Translations under genes and position numbers: made by a program
Shown: one piece after another, positions 1-13,150 of the stretch
How the letters are laid out: each line of letters begins with the position of its first letter
Position numbering within the stretch: the stretch's first letter is position 1
Assembly: GCA_973895155.1 (NCBI GenBank)
Contig: OZ316894.1
Location: 7,836,234 to 7,900,233 of the forward strand
DNA from: Marsupella aquatica
Taxonomy: Eukaryota; Plantae; Marchantiophyta
Direction of reading: 5' to 3'
DNA length: 64,000 nt
Notes under the pieces: generated by a model
What the model was told of the DNA's origin: nothing
The model's database searches: none
What the model saw: the letters and a program-made list of their open reading frames with translations, nothing else

Positions 1-132
1 CTCTATGAATATCAAAGTAGGAAACCACTACCCTACTATTAATTTGCCTGGCCCATTACCAAAAGAACTCTTTGGTCACAGTAAGTCTGAACAACGTATT
101 CACATCCATGACCCTCCATCTCTCCTGCTTGG

Positions 133-247
133 GTATGGCTGACACAACTTCCCTGGCATCTCTGCTCCTACTACAAAACCCTCCTCCCTGTATGGCTGCC
201 ACAAACTTCCCTGGCATCTCTGCTCCTACTACAAAACCCTCCTCCCT
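133..247. repeat. Tandem duplication, ~57-bp unit x2
   Basis: gtatggctg..cacaacttccctggcatctctgctcctactacaaaaccctcctccct occurs at ~133 and again at ~190. Confidence 0.85.
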
Positions 248-383
248 CCTTGTCCTTTGTGCTAGGTTCTTCAGCCTCCCTCTGGCTGTGCACTGTAGTA
301 TTCCGGCCCCATATTTTCCTTGTATATTCCAGAATGTGATCATACCCTCGCATACACAATCAAATTCTGGGATCCATATTTTC

Positions 384-584
384 CCTGTATATTCGTTAAT
401 GTGACCAAACTCTACCCTGGCATACACGATCCAATTTTGGGATGCCACCAATATTGACTTCAGTATTTTCAGTTAACCAAAAGAAAATTACCTGTATATT
501 CCTTAATGTGACCAAACTCTACCCTGGCATACACGATCCAATTTTGGGATGTCACCAATATTGACTTCAGTATGTTCAGGTAAC
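384..584. repeat. Direct repeat, ~93-bp unit x2 (period ~107 bp)
   Basis: cctgtatatt..taatgtgaccaaactctaccctggcatacacgatccaattttgggatg.caccaatattgacttcagtat at ~384 and at 491. Confidence 0.85.
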
Positions 585-1940
585 AAACAAACAAAATTAT
601 GCTTGCCATTTCTAGGAAATCGAACCTTCTTCATCCAGGAGAAAGACACACAGATTACTAGTGTTCCCACGAATCGATGACCCAAACACTTAAATGCCGT
701 CAACCACCCAGTTCGATTGCCCAACAACGCCACATACTGGATGCCGACCCCCTAAAAAACATTTTCAATCTCTGTAGCCCAATGTCAATTTCAACTGGTC
801 TCCAATTTGAAAGCTGGGCAACATTCCCTAGAAATTAATTTGCACGCACACAATTAGCAAGAGACTTCGACGACAGGCAAAATTCTGCGGGTGCCACTTT
901 CTACTCGCCTAGTTGAGGAGATTTCGGAGCTACCAAACCATTCACAATAGGGATTTCCTCGTGCGGAAATTTCATCGTCTCATTGCTGTCATTCAGATGA
1001 CTGACGTCACTCAAGGTAGAGACTCCATACAAGCTAACGTTAGGCAAAGAGCAAAGCATTTAGCTGGACAGATGGCTCCATATGCTGGTGAGCTAGCCCA
1101 ACCATTCTTCAGCGCGGATAACTTTCATTACCCTTCCAAAACGCAGGTCTACTGTCGGTACCAGCACAGCCAGTGCAGGATTTGTGTACGGTCTTTCCAC
1201 AAATTCCTACTTATTCCTGTTGACAAAGTCTAGCATAGCTACTTCCGCTGCCCTAAGAGGAGCCTTCAACAGGCTGACAACAACGATAATGTCTCATTCC
1301 CATCTACAGGTTCCTGCAGGTCTTCTGCAGCCCCAAGAATCCGGGCATTTCGCTTCTCAAGTAATTACGATTGATATGTCCCTTCAATCAAGCCTTCTAT
1401 GTACACGCGTGCATAGCAACTACTACCATAACGACACAAAACAATTAGCAATCGTCAAACTGTTTTAACAGGGGTATTAACGGTTAGAAAACTGCAAAAT
1501 GTTTCCAAGTTCGAATTGCCATTTTTTGGACAGACTCGTGTCAATTTTCTGGGGCTGTCTCAATCATGCAGGGCAACTTAGCATAAAATTGCTGATTCAA
1601 ATGGTGACGTTCAAGGTAACCCCAGAGCCAAGCTCAGCTGATGGCAGTTATCAACAACAATACATATGTCCACCTGAGCATCAGATGAAAGAGACTGAAG
1701 AACAGCCAAAGTGTTTTCTGTACTAGAGGTGGACTGAGCAACTAACCCAGAGACCATCACCGCAATTATGTAATTACATTTGTGGCCTCTTTGTATAAAA
1801 TTACAGTCATAGTAACGCCTTCTTCTGTATGAGTAGATCAGTAAGGTCCTCAACCCCACGCAGAACCCTTTCGTTCCAACTTGCAATCCAGCTGCATTAG
1901 CCCAAGTATAATCAACCACACTTACTATAAGTATTGTACG

Positions 1941-4900
1941 TTATATTCCAGTTTTGCTTGGACCCCTTGACAATATTCCAGCAGTCTTGAATCTCGAGTT
2001 GGTATTACTCAAGTCCACCAAATCCTCAAATAGCTTGTCAGCTGCACTGACTTCCTTTGCAGGCTGCTTTTGCTCAGCAGGTGTTTGCTGGAGAGATTGT
2101 GCACTGATAGGTTGGTGTGTCCAACGACTTTGATCCTGGAGAGAAAGGTTTTGAGTTTGGCCAGCAAGATCACTTGGTGAGGGGGGGTATACTTGCTGCT
2201 GTTGCTGCTGAAAAAACTGTTGTCTTTGGCTGTGTTGCACTGGAGGCGGTGGGAGACCTGGCACAACATTACTACTGGTGGCACCATACAGCATCGCTCG
2301 TTGCTGGGGACTCATATGTTGTTGCTGAGGATATTGCTGCTGTTGCTGAGGCGGTGTATTTTGTCCCCAAGGAGCAGATACTGACGGGTATCCCCCTTGA
2401 AGCTGTGCCTGCTGTTGAGGAGACAATGGCATTTGGCCATACATCGATGTCCTTGCGGAACCGACATTGGTTGTTGCCCAAGGCACAACGTAGTTTTGCA
2501 CACCTTGTCCCTGCGTCGGTTGACCATGCTGATATTGCTGCTGAGGGTATCCTTGATAGCCATACTGTTGAGGAGCAGAGGTAGGAGAGTCCAACCCATT
2601 TGTATATGGGTATTGCTGCGGCTGCTGCTGCGGCTGCTGCTGGGGAGACTGTAAATACTGTTGTGGCTGCTGCTGCTGCTGCTGCTGTGGAGGCATGGGA
2701 GGTGCGGGTAGCGGAGGAAGTGCTTGAAAAGCAGGATCTGAATCAAAAGGATTGGAGGAGAGTGCAGACGGCAGGGGTGAAGGTGCAACAGGTTGACTGG
2801 CTGAAGCCACTGCTGGAGAAGGAGACGCACCATCCTCATAGTTATCACCACTCAACAAGTCCACAGTCATTTCCCTCTGGCTGGGTGTAACATTCAACTT
2901 TTTGTGTTGTGGTGGTGGGGGTGGGAGAGCAAGCTGGGGACCAGGCCTGCTTTGTGCAAAACCTTGTGCAGCAGGTCGATTTCTTGATGTCCTATCACAA
3001 ACAAACAGCTCGGCTAACTCAGATTAACTTAAATCCCTGTTATCCAGATTAGTAATTGAAATTCCCACCTGCAAAAAAAATGAAAAAGTGCTTCTCCCCT
3101 ATTATTGAGCTAACGCTAAGAAAGGATTTGCACCAAAAACAGAAGTATCCGAATCGAGATAAAGGGTTGCGTCCCAATTAAAAAACGACACAAGAACCGA
3201 CATTTAGATATCCTTGCCGCTAACTTCGTGAACCTTGTCAGATAGTTACCTATGCGACAATGCAGAGTCCTCCTCTGATCCTTCTTCAGAATCAAACCGG
3301 CGCCCTGTAGGTGTCGATGGATCTCGCGGCATGGGAGACCCGGATGCAATGGCATCATGTTTTGCAAGAACTCGTTGCAAATCGTCATTTAAAGCAAGGC
3401 CTTGTCGAAGCAGCTCTTCATCCCTGACTCCATACAGCAAATCTTTCAAAAAAGGTGGATATCACAATTGAATGAAGAATGAGATTACAGTACAAAATGT
3501 ACCACCACTGTTTCGACTAAATTCTTCTAAAATTTGCGATCGGCCCCACAATGACATAAGGGAGCCCTGCTGCCAGAAGCTTTTCAGTATATTGACTGTG
3601 CATTTCGACCCGTTGGAGATAGGCCAATCCACCCCTCAGGAGAGCACAATCACAGGTCACAGTTGGTACTTACGAAGTCGTATTGACCAGCTGCATCACA
3701 CGGCGCTGATTGGTCCGAGATTGATCCACCAAGTCCATGATGACTTCATCAACCACAGCCTGAATCACCCAATCAAGACCGTAATCAAGCCTCTGCGGAC
3801 GATTGCCAAGTCTCAAACCTAATTACAGAAAAGAAATGCAATGAATCCCACAAATTTTACACTTTCGATTGTCACATCCATGAACTGATGCTTACAGTGA
3901 CATCAACAAAAAGTCACTGTTAAGGTTCAGTAAATCCACTAGACTCGCCTCCTACAAGACCAACAACAACACCGTCTCCTCCACTGGGCACAAAGATGAC
4001 AACTAGAACCAACTTGACCAATGACAGCCTTCAAACTCCGAAACATTCAAAGGGGACAGTAAGGAATAGGGACACACCTCTTTATCGGAAGGGTTGACTG
4101 CATTCAACATATCAGAAAGAACTTCGACTCCACTTCGAGAGGCTTCGATATCTGCCAAACTGACCACACAACAACAGAAGGGATAAAGTTCTGCACAAGG
4201 ATGCAGCGCTTCCAAATAGAGAGCGACATAAATTGCCTGACTAGGACAGTAAAGTTCCTTCTATTTAGTACATAATAACGGTGGACAACAATTTTTTAGT
4301 TTTGTCATTTCCATCACAGGACTAATTTGAAAATTAACCTCATGCTCTGAGATTCGGTAGCCATTGCTGCTTCCACCCTTGGTGAAGAATAACCAGCTGC
4401 AGGAGAACCGTATCCATGTCCATGAGACAGGGAAACAGAATGTGACTGAGGGGGTGTGAAAATTGGAACATTGTGCTCCGGTGCCCGGTCTGGAAATTCA
4501 ACTCCTGAACGCTGCAATACAAATCGATGGATAAGGTCCCACTGCACACAACCGTGACCATTCCACCGTCCTTGCGACCCTCGAAAGCAAAATTCCTGAT
4601 TAAGTTCATGTATTATCTAAGGTTGCATAACCGAAATCTACAAAAAAAATATTCACAGCCTGCTAAGTGAGCACTATCCGACATTATGCCAACTTAGTTC
4701 ATCTACTGTCACACGCTAACCGCAAAACCATCCAATTGTCAATTTAAGGACGTAAAACATACTCTCAGTTCCTCAAATGCCATATAGTATTGCGGGTATC
4801 TTCCTCTAGAACCTCCAAAAGCCTCTTGCCATGAGTCAAGTAGGGTCAAAATTTTATCTCTCACTTGCATGTCTGACTGCACAATGCACATACGAAGAAG

Positions 4901-6556
4901 AACACATTAGAAGGCAGAGTACAGGCTACACATGAATTTCATGGTAACCAAGACTAAGTAGGTGCCTCAAAGTGAGTGTAAACTGGCATCTCATCTAGAA
5001 TGTGCTCTAAGCTCACCTAGATCATTATTTTACCCTCACAATTGCAGTCTAGTTGTGCTGAACGAGTTTAGAATCTATTCCCACAGGGTAGGACAATTGC
5101 CAAATACTTTGAGCAAGACATGCATTCAGTCTGTCGCATATGCCAGAAAGATGACATATAGCGAGTTTTCAAGTTGAAAATTTGTGAATATCCCCAGGTC
5201 CTTCTATCCAAATCCTCCAACGCCTGACAAAGAGTCAAGTAGATTATCAAAAATTGGGTACCAAGCAAATCACCTACACTCGACAATAGCGCCTACCTTC
5301 TTCTTCACAATCTTGGTCATCTCATGCAGAACATCCTTCTCAGCAACTTGTTGGTGCACAATTTCGCCGCAATTTTTTATCAAGGTCTCCAAGACCTGTG
5401 AACAAACAATTTTTTCGCCTTAACCGACTAAATGGGCTACCTTAAGACCAAAACGAACAAGAACGATGCTCAAAGACAACATCTGCATCACAATTCAAGC
5501 CACAGAGACCTTTCCCTGAAGAGGCCACTCACTTGACCGCACAAATCTGCAAGTCAGCAGCTATCACGCTGATATCACTACCGGAAACCTGACTTGATTC
5601 GCGGCAACAACTCTGGACTACAGACAGAGCAAAAGCACACCTAATTGACCTCTTTTTCGCCCTACCGCCTACAGCTGGCTAGTATTGCTGCAAACCGGCA
5701 CCTAGTTATACAGTGGTGAAGGACAAACTTACCGTGAGGGCAAGAACCTGCACTCTTGGGTGCTTATTATTTAGACGCTTTTTCACTGCCTTCACGACAT
5801 CCCTCGCTTGCCTGCATGACCCAACGGTCTCAGTCTCCCATAGGACAACGAAGTCTTAGGCAAAATCACATTCACGTGACGATACCACATCGAAGCCCGC
5901 AGGCATCGTGATCAATACATCGAAAGCAAAACAATATTCGTTATTGCTGAACTCTCTCCAACGCACGTCCTTGCGTGCGGAAACTGACGACACTCCTCTT
6001 GTCGCTTAGAACCGAAACACTCAAACCGGGGAGCAGTGAGCGCGCTCTCTTGCGGTCCCCTTTTAGCACACTCTCCAAGAAAACTCCTTGCGTTATGTGC
6101 AGAAAGGACCGCGAGTCCAGTACACAGGTGTGCGACAAATAAATTCAACTAAACTAACAAAAATTCGTCAGGATGGAAGCTAGACAAGAAGAAGCTTTCA
6201 CGAATTCGGTCATTCACAACTCTGCCTACAGCCACACGGAAGGGGGCATTAAAACCCCACGAGGTGGAAGCAGAAACAGAGACAATAAAAGCAACCGGAA
6301 ACATGCTCAAGACCCACAAGGACACGAGACAGAAAGCAAGCGAAAGAGAGAAATCGAGGTGGAGCGCTCAGTACCGAGACTTGAGAGAACAGGAAAACCG
6401 TTCCTAGAACCACACAGAAGAAACTCGGGGGAGAGCAGAGTGTGCATACCCGGGATCACCGTTGATGACATCACAGATTTCGAGGTTCATGGCCCAATCA
6501 GGGCCAATTAGCAAGTCACTGGTGGCTTTGTCGACGAGACTGGCTGCTGACGCCAT
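1941..6556 (-). CDS. TOL: TOM1-like (TOL) protein: VHS + GAT domains and a Q/P-rich C-terminus; ESCRT-0-like ubiquitin receptor. 9 coding exons: 6450-6556, 5733-5811, 5297-5395, 4763-4876, 4339-4511, 4078-4159, 3674-3759, 3250-3423, 1941-2991
   Basis: The spliced translation starts [88 protein letters not shown] (VHS). GAT motifs include [22 protein letters not shown] and [26 protein letters not shown], and the C-terminal motif is [10 protein letters not shown]. All introns are GT-AG with consistent phase. Confidence 0.95.
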
Positions 6557-9500
6557 CCGATCAGGCAGCCTTCTCGAGTCCGCGAAAATCGGAAGAATTT
6601 TGACAAACTCTTATCCTCCTGAAACTATAATTCGCATCCGGAATGCCAAAAAGGTTTCATCCAGAGCTTCAACTTGTACTCTTCAAGCGGCGTCGTAAAC
6701 AACTCAATCACGCCACTCTGTTCCTCCTCCCTCGACCAGGTATTGCTCGAATCTTGCCTGCCGTTCACGACTGCCCTTCCGTTCAAATTTAAGAGGAGTT
6801 CCCTGTTAGTATGGAGACGATGTTGGTAAGGTTCGCTTTAGCATGTAGAGCGCAGAACCTCTGCGGGGGCTCGTCAGCTTCAAATAACAATATAACTCGG
6901 CGCTCCTCGAAGGAATAATTGATGGTAACCGCTGCTGCTGCTTCTAGCACTCGTTTCTCCACTCGCAGTGATAGAAAGATGAGCGAAAAGATGATCGGAC
7001 TGAAGCAAGTTCCTTTGCCGTCCAAAATTTCCAAAATTCGCTGCCGCAAACGATATCCTGCTTCGGCCGCCCGGCCACAACCACGCAAAAATCCCAGAAG
7101 CCAAGACCGGCGACACCAAGCGACAGGAACCCCACCAAACAACACCAAAGCAAAGCAAACGAAGTCTTCTACTCAATTCCGCAAGCTTAAAACCTCTCCT
7201 GACCCCCCACCTGACCAGCAGCACAGATAGACAACGATAGGATTATTCTCTCCCTAATCAGTCGTCCGTCACACAGTCTTCAGGTCGGTCGGTTGGTCGT
7301 GGGTAGGTCGGTGATGGTGAGAGACGAATGGGAACCTCCAGCCGGGTGGTGCGGAATCCAAACACCAAAGACAGATAGACGCCAAGAGCAATAGGTCGAA
7401 GATGATGACACCCCCACAAGGACGGCGACTAATGACACGACGAGACGTGTTATCGTTGCTGCTCAAGCTGGATCGACAAATACTCGCTCTAGTGTAAGAG
7501 CGAAGGCAGGAAGGATGGCAGCAGCTCGACGTTGACTCCTTGCCACTACTGTATCTACCTATCCCTCTATCAATCTATCTATCTATCGCTGCCCCCTGCC
7601 TGCGAGCGGAACGAACCAACACGAGTAGACAGAGCGAGAGAGATAGAGGATAGCTCTCCACTGCCAACGAGAGAAAAAACAACAAGATGCTCGGCCCTTT
7701 CGTCGTTGGATGATTGTGTGACGCGGGGGTTGGTACAGGAAGCAAGTGGGGTGGATGGATGACCACACTCTCACGCAGGACGATGGACACAACGCTCACT
7801 ATACAAGGGAAGAAACGCCCCACCCCCCCGTACACGGGACGACAGGATAAATAGACGACACCAAAGGAACGGAAAAGGAAAACACTACTGCAACAACTAC
7901 AACAGCAACGACAAGGAACGGAGACGCAGACAGAGGTGAGGGCAAGCCGGGAGCTGAGAAAGTGCCGTGGGTGTGAAGATGAAGTTGAGAAAGCGGGCGA
8001 AGATTGAGAACGAAGGATTTCTCGAGCCTGACTACAGGCAGCAGACCGACAACAGACAGACCCACCGAGAGACGGAGAGAGACGGACCGCAATCGGAGCT
8101 CGAGAACGAGGGAAGGGTGCAATGGACGGATCGAGAAGCTCGATGAGCTTCGTTGGCTCTCGCACTGTAACGTACTCGGCAGGGACAAGCGGCAAAGGGA
8201 GGGAGAGGGAGGCCAGCGTCTTTTAGTGCCGAAAATTCGCCATATTTCACCTCCCTAAAACGTCATAGCAAACATTCGCTATTTTATCTCTGTCCCATTA
8301 CCCAGATAATCACAGGCCCCACTACCCGAAATCGGACGGTCACCCTTACATATAGGGAGATCTAAGGGTCATAACATAATTGAGGAAAATCAGATAATGA
8401 ACATTCCAGGCATCTTCTCCTGTGTGACATTATGGCGAAGAGGAAATAACACTGGGGCAGAGGTTGTCGACTAACGTTGTCGCCTGTTGCAAAAGGGGAA
8501 GGGATATTTGAGTTATACCTTTCTTGTACCCTGGAGTTGACTAGAGTGCTGGGCTGGGTGCTTCCTCCCGAATCGCATTAAATAGGCCAGAGATCACCGC
8601 TCACGATGATGACAATCTAAAGGCTGTGGTGGGGCGCTCGCTTCAGGGGGGCAATTAGGGACGTTGATCGTGCAAAATGGTTTTAATCGCGAAATATGGT
8701 ACTGAAGAGGGAAACTTTACTTCGGGCCAGGGAGTGGGCTGCCCCGTCCACTTTGTTGAATGCACCCGTAGGTCAGGGTTTCATGGGACAGGGCACCACC
8801 CGTGTTTGAGGGTAGACGGATTATGGACAGGGATGCCTTGTTGGGTAAGCATGTAATAAGCTGAAGAAGATTGAAATACGATTGACCGGTTCAAATCCAA
8901 AGTTGTTTTGGAGTACTGCAGTCGTGCTTATCGACAAGTACAGTAGTAAATTTCTTTTGAAGCTGGGGAAGTTTTCCTTACTAGCCCTTCTTTTTTAAAC
9001 GTGAATAAAAGAGTACAATAACAGTGCTAACAAAATATATTTCATATTCTCATTTTTTTAAGGTTAATGAAATGATGAAAAAACATCATGCCTAAGTCAT
9101 CATTTTAACAATCATAGATATCATATCATATTCATTTCTATGCACATATATTATGGTGGGGCCATAGAGTCATGGTCTAGAGCCTTCAATCTAGAAACCT
9201 AGACCTCAACTCTAACTTCCTTTGGCGCTTTATATATAAGATTCTTTTTTCAAGGGAATATTACCCAAGATAGGGGAGGACAAAATATTCCCTTCCCACC
9301 TTTTTACTTTATGCAACAACTTTTGACTAGTTATGGTGGCCTAGTATCACCAGGTCATGAAGAGTGAGACGGGAGTTGTCAATGAAAGTTCTTCCCATTA
9401 GCCTAAATGCTTATGGAAGTCCTTCCCACTAGATTGAGTGCCTGAGCTTTCTTTCTAAACAGAAGGTGTGTACAATAGTGTCCATTTCCAATTCCACCCA

Positions 9501-10631
9501 CAATGTAGTTGTGCCACCATAGTCACAATCTAGAGAGTTCACTCGGGACCAGATGCCCTTATATTAGCTTTCATTGCACCCAAATGTGGTTGTGCCCCCA
9601 GTCACGTCTAGAGGCTTCACTATAGACTGTAGGCCCTTATCCCAGCCTTTGATCCAACTTTAATATATATATTTTTTCTAGAGCAATTTAACCACTTCCA
9701 AAGGAAAACAAGCAGTTAAGGTTGTCCAGCACAACCCAAATGGAATCACAGAGGTTAAGTGTCATACACATACAAATAAAACTCTAGGAAAATAAGTGTT
9801 TGTTGAGATTCTATTGATCAGGATAGCCAAAGTCCTATGCCATGGGAACTTTTTGACATGGTTGAAAGAAATGCCAACCCAGGGAAAATGCAAAAGGGTT
9901 TCTAAGTGCATTCTAGTTGTTGTGACAGTTCATCATTTTTTTTGCAAGATTTCTGCAAGCCATAGCCAACAAATGTGTAACATACTAATTTCAAGTGTTG
10001 CGAGAAATTAAAAAATGGAGTAGTTTCATACTTGGAAAGTCATCAATTTTATTTTTATTCTTTCAAATCTGGAATCTTATTCTTCCTGCATCAAGTGATG
10101 AAATGAGACTTTCCCATATGTTATTCAATACAAGGAAATATGGGATGAACAACTTATCATTCATTTTCTAGGGGGTTTCATTTTCACAAAAATGACACAT
10201 CACATGCGACGAAGTATAGGGTCATTTTCTTGGTTCAAAGGGAAGACTTAAGAATTCTCTGAAAAGAACAATAGAGTATTTTAAATCAATTTTGAGACTT
10301 ATAAGAACATTAGAGTCCTTATAACCAGAAAATTGGATTCCAATTTTATAGGGGTTGAATTATTTTCTTAAAATTCTTACATTTTAGGGGACCTCAAATT
10401 CATTTTTATTTCTCCAAATATCAAACTATCTCCCATGTATATCATCTTGGATTTTTAAAAGAGCATGATTGTAGTCTACATCCATCACTTCTCCATATAT
10501 GACCAAATCTTTGTTATGGAAAAAGGTAGATTAGGATTCCCTATACTGCCACTCTTTTTTGGCATAGACATACCTTGCCATCAATTTTTTCCTATTTATT
10601 ATAATGCCGTTGTTTTCATTTGTGGGTTAAA

Positions 10632-10950
10632 AAATTGACCTGGGTTAGCCCCCTCACATCCATGGGCTCTTCTTTACATCCAATGGCTCTCATTGCACCG
10701 AGTTCCGCGATTGGATGGCTCCAATCTCTCTCAAGGTGACTTTTATCACCCTCAAGAGGAGAGAGACAGAGGCAGTGCACAAGGACAGGTTGACCCTCGA
10801 CAGAGGCTGGGCGTTCGATGGCAGGACGGGACCACCCGACCCAATCCTCAGTCAAATGACCCAAGGGTGGTTAAAGTCACCTTGAGGGAGATCCGGGCCA
10901 TTTGATTCAGAAACCATTGGATGTGAAAGAGCTAACCTGAGTTAACTTTC
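10632..10950. mobile_element. MITE-like foldback element
   Basis: The left arm (aaaattgacctgggttagccccctcacatcca..ggatggctccaatctctctcaaggtgacttt) pairs with the right arm (aaagtcaccttgagggagatccgggcca..ccattggatgtgaaagagctaacctgagttaactttc). Confidence 0.55.
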
Positions 10951-11353
10951 TTAAGTCATAAAGTTGGGGCCTCGCATATCACAGGCAAAGTTTTCAGGTA
11001 ATAAACACCCTAAGAGCATCCGCTCCGGTTTTGCGGTCAAACGTTGCAATAGGCAAAACTTTGCGAGCCGATGACGGGCCTGCACCGTTACCTGGTTGGG
11101 GGCCACAAGCAGCATTGCACTAGTGCTTTGTAAAACAACACCTGAAAACCCCTAACCTGTGTTCAAACCCAAGCAGCTCAGGTTCGAACACCCTCCCAAA
11201 CACAGGAGTGCGCCGCAGCTCTGCAGACTTTGACAAAAGACAACGGCGAACAAGCGCCAGCATCCTCGTCCTCCATAGCCTGTGGCCCTTGAAGCTTTTG
11301 CTTGACATTGCAACCAAATTATTGTTTCAATTTCATAGCTTACGATTTCTCCC

Positions 11354-11795
11354 ATGGACCGTCGTGAAGCATCGAGACAGAATTTGCAGTCGCAAATCAA
11401 GGCTGAGCTTAATTCAATGGAGGATGAACAGGAATTTTGGGAGAAGGACATATTGACAGGCCCCTTGTCTCTCCAAGGGCTCAGTACAATACAGCAGAAG
11501 GAGCGCAAACGAGGCGGTGCATCAGTGTCTGGGAAGAGACCCAATAAAGATTAAAAAAAAAGAGCGAGGGCATCAAGTAGCCTGGGACTATTATTTTGCA
11601 GAGGATTGTACATATGAAAATAGGGATTTTAGACTTAGGTTCAGGATGACAACAAGATTGTTTCAGAAAATTCACCAGGCAGTTTGTGCTCATGACTACT
11701 TCTTTCAACATAGGCGAGATGCTGCCAATAAAATAGGGTTATCTGGTCTCCAGATAATCACAGCTGCTCTCTGGCAATTGGCATTTGGAACCAAA
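11354..11795 (+). pseudogene. Harbinger transposase N-terminal remnant (frameshifted; DDE catalytic part missing)
   Basis: ERGHQVAWDYYFAEDCTYENRDFRLRFRMTTRLFQKIHQAVCAHDYFFQHRRDAANKIGLSGLQIITAALWQLAFG matches the conserved plant PIF/Harbinger transposase N-terminus (consensus like RLxxDYF..FRRRFRM..LF..I...D.YF.QR.DA.G..GLS..QK.TAA.R.LAYG). Similarity ends after LAFG. Confidence 0.85.
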
Positions 11796-11982
11796 CAGGA
11801 CCTTCATTGTAGTACCAAACAGGACCTTATACACGCGAGTTGAATTGGACACAAATTTTGGACTAGTCCAACAAATGAAGTCACAATTTAGGAAATCTAG
11901 GTCCACTTTATTAAATTCTGAATTTTCAAGAGTACATATACATAAAACAATGTGACAAGTAAAAAATACTGCAACAATTATG

Positions 11983-13150
11983 TCAAACTACTTGGGGGGA
12001 TGGAGGGTCAATTTCATCTATAGGTGAAGATTCTTCATCGTTGGGCAGTGGAGTTGGAAGCAAACTCCTAGACGCCCTGGATGGCAATGGGGAGGGTACT
12101 GGAATGGTCCCCAAAGAGATCATGTCCCTTAATTCGGTCATCTGGTCCTTCCTCCACAAAGTCAAGAAATCCAACGTCTCATTGTCAAGGTGCTCAGCTG
12201 GCATGGTGAGCATATTCATGAAGGTTTGGCTCTCCAGAACCCTCAAACGCTGCACACCTGTTTCAGCCATCACCTTCTGAGCTTGGGCAGCTATCTTGAA
12301 GGCATCCTCATGAACTTACATATTCTTGGCATTCTCTTTTGCCAGCTTGCTTCCAAGGGGTCTCTTGCTCGAATTTCCGTGGGAGCTCTCTTGCTCATTC
12401 TGCTCAATTTCTACTTCGGATTGAACATTGTTTGCCCCATCGTCTGAGAGACTTGTGTACTCCTTCTCTCCTTGCTTGGTGTCCCCACTGGCTTCCGTTT
12501 GCCATTTCCCTTTGACATCTGGTCTTCTGGCAGCATCCACCTTGGGCAGTCCTTGAGAATGTCATAGCACACCAAAAAAGAAAACTCCTTGCCCTTTGAA
12601 TGTCGAGTCTTGTACAATTCTTTCGCCTTGATCAAGGTGTCCTCGCTGTTGGTGCCAGAAATGTCAAGATCTTCAACACTTTTGTGGCACCCAATAAAAC
12701 AAGTTGTGGCCTTCCGCACATCACCCCACTTGCTCTCGAGGGATTTTGCGGTCCTACTCTCAAGACCTCGAGGTTTATTTCTGTTGTACTAATGCTCCCC
12801 GACACGTTCCCAAAAATTCTCTCTTTTGCCCAGACCCAACACATGGGTCTTGAGAAATCTCCAAGTATGAATAGCATAGTTGCTTTAATTCTGGTGGACT
12901 GAAGTTCTTCCCTAGCTGGGCCATGTTGTCAGATCACACAATGCACACGATCTCTGTGCATTGTCCCTGTACTTCAGAAATTGGGAGTTGGGACCACAAG
13001 TTTTGGGCGCAAACCGTGTGTACTCTGCAATGACAATCTCTACCTGAGTGCACCTCAACAAGCTTGGCAGAGGACTGGACTTGAATGTGCAGACTCTGGC
13101 GCGAAGTTCATAAAAGTGGGGGAGTATTGTAGGAGTCCTGGGATGTTGAC
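11983..13150 (-). pseudogene. Harbinger Myb/SANT-like (NAM-associated C-terminal-type) accessory gene remnant
   Basis: Fragments in several frames: KWG..RKATTCFIGCHKSVEDLDISGTNSEDTLIKAKELYKTRHSKGKEFSFLVCYDILKDCPRW, KRPLGSKLAKE and FMNMLTMPAEHLDNETLDFLTLWRKDQM. These are typical of the second gene of plant Harbingers. The 5' boundary is approximate. Confidence 0.75.

Noticed and set aside
6789-8258. Several 100-200 aa ORFs upstream of the TOL start codon
   Set aside because: They overlap in multiple frames with biased composition, typical of a long 5'UTR/leader intron; no domain recognised.
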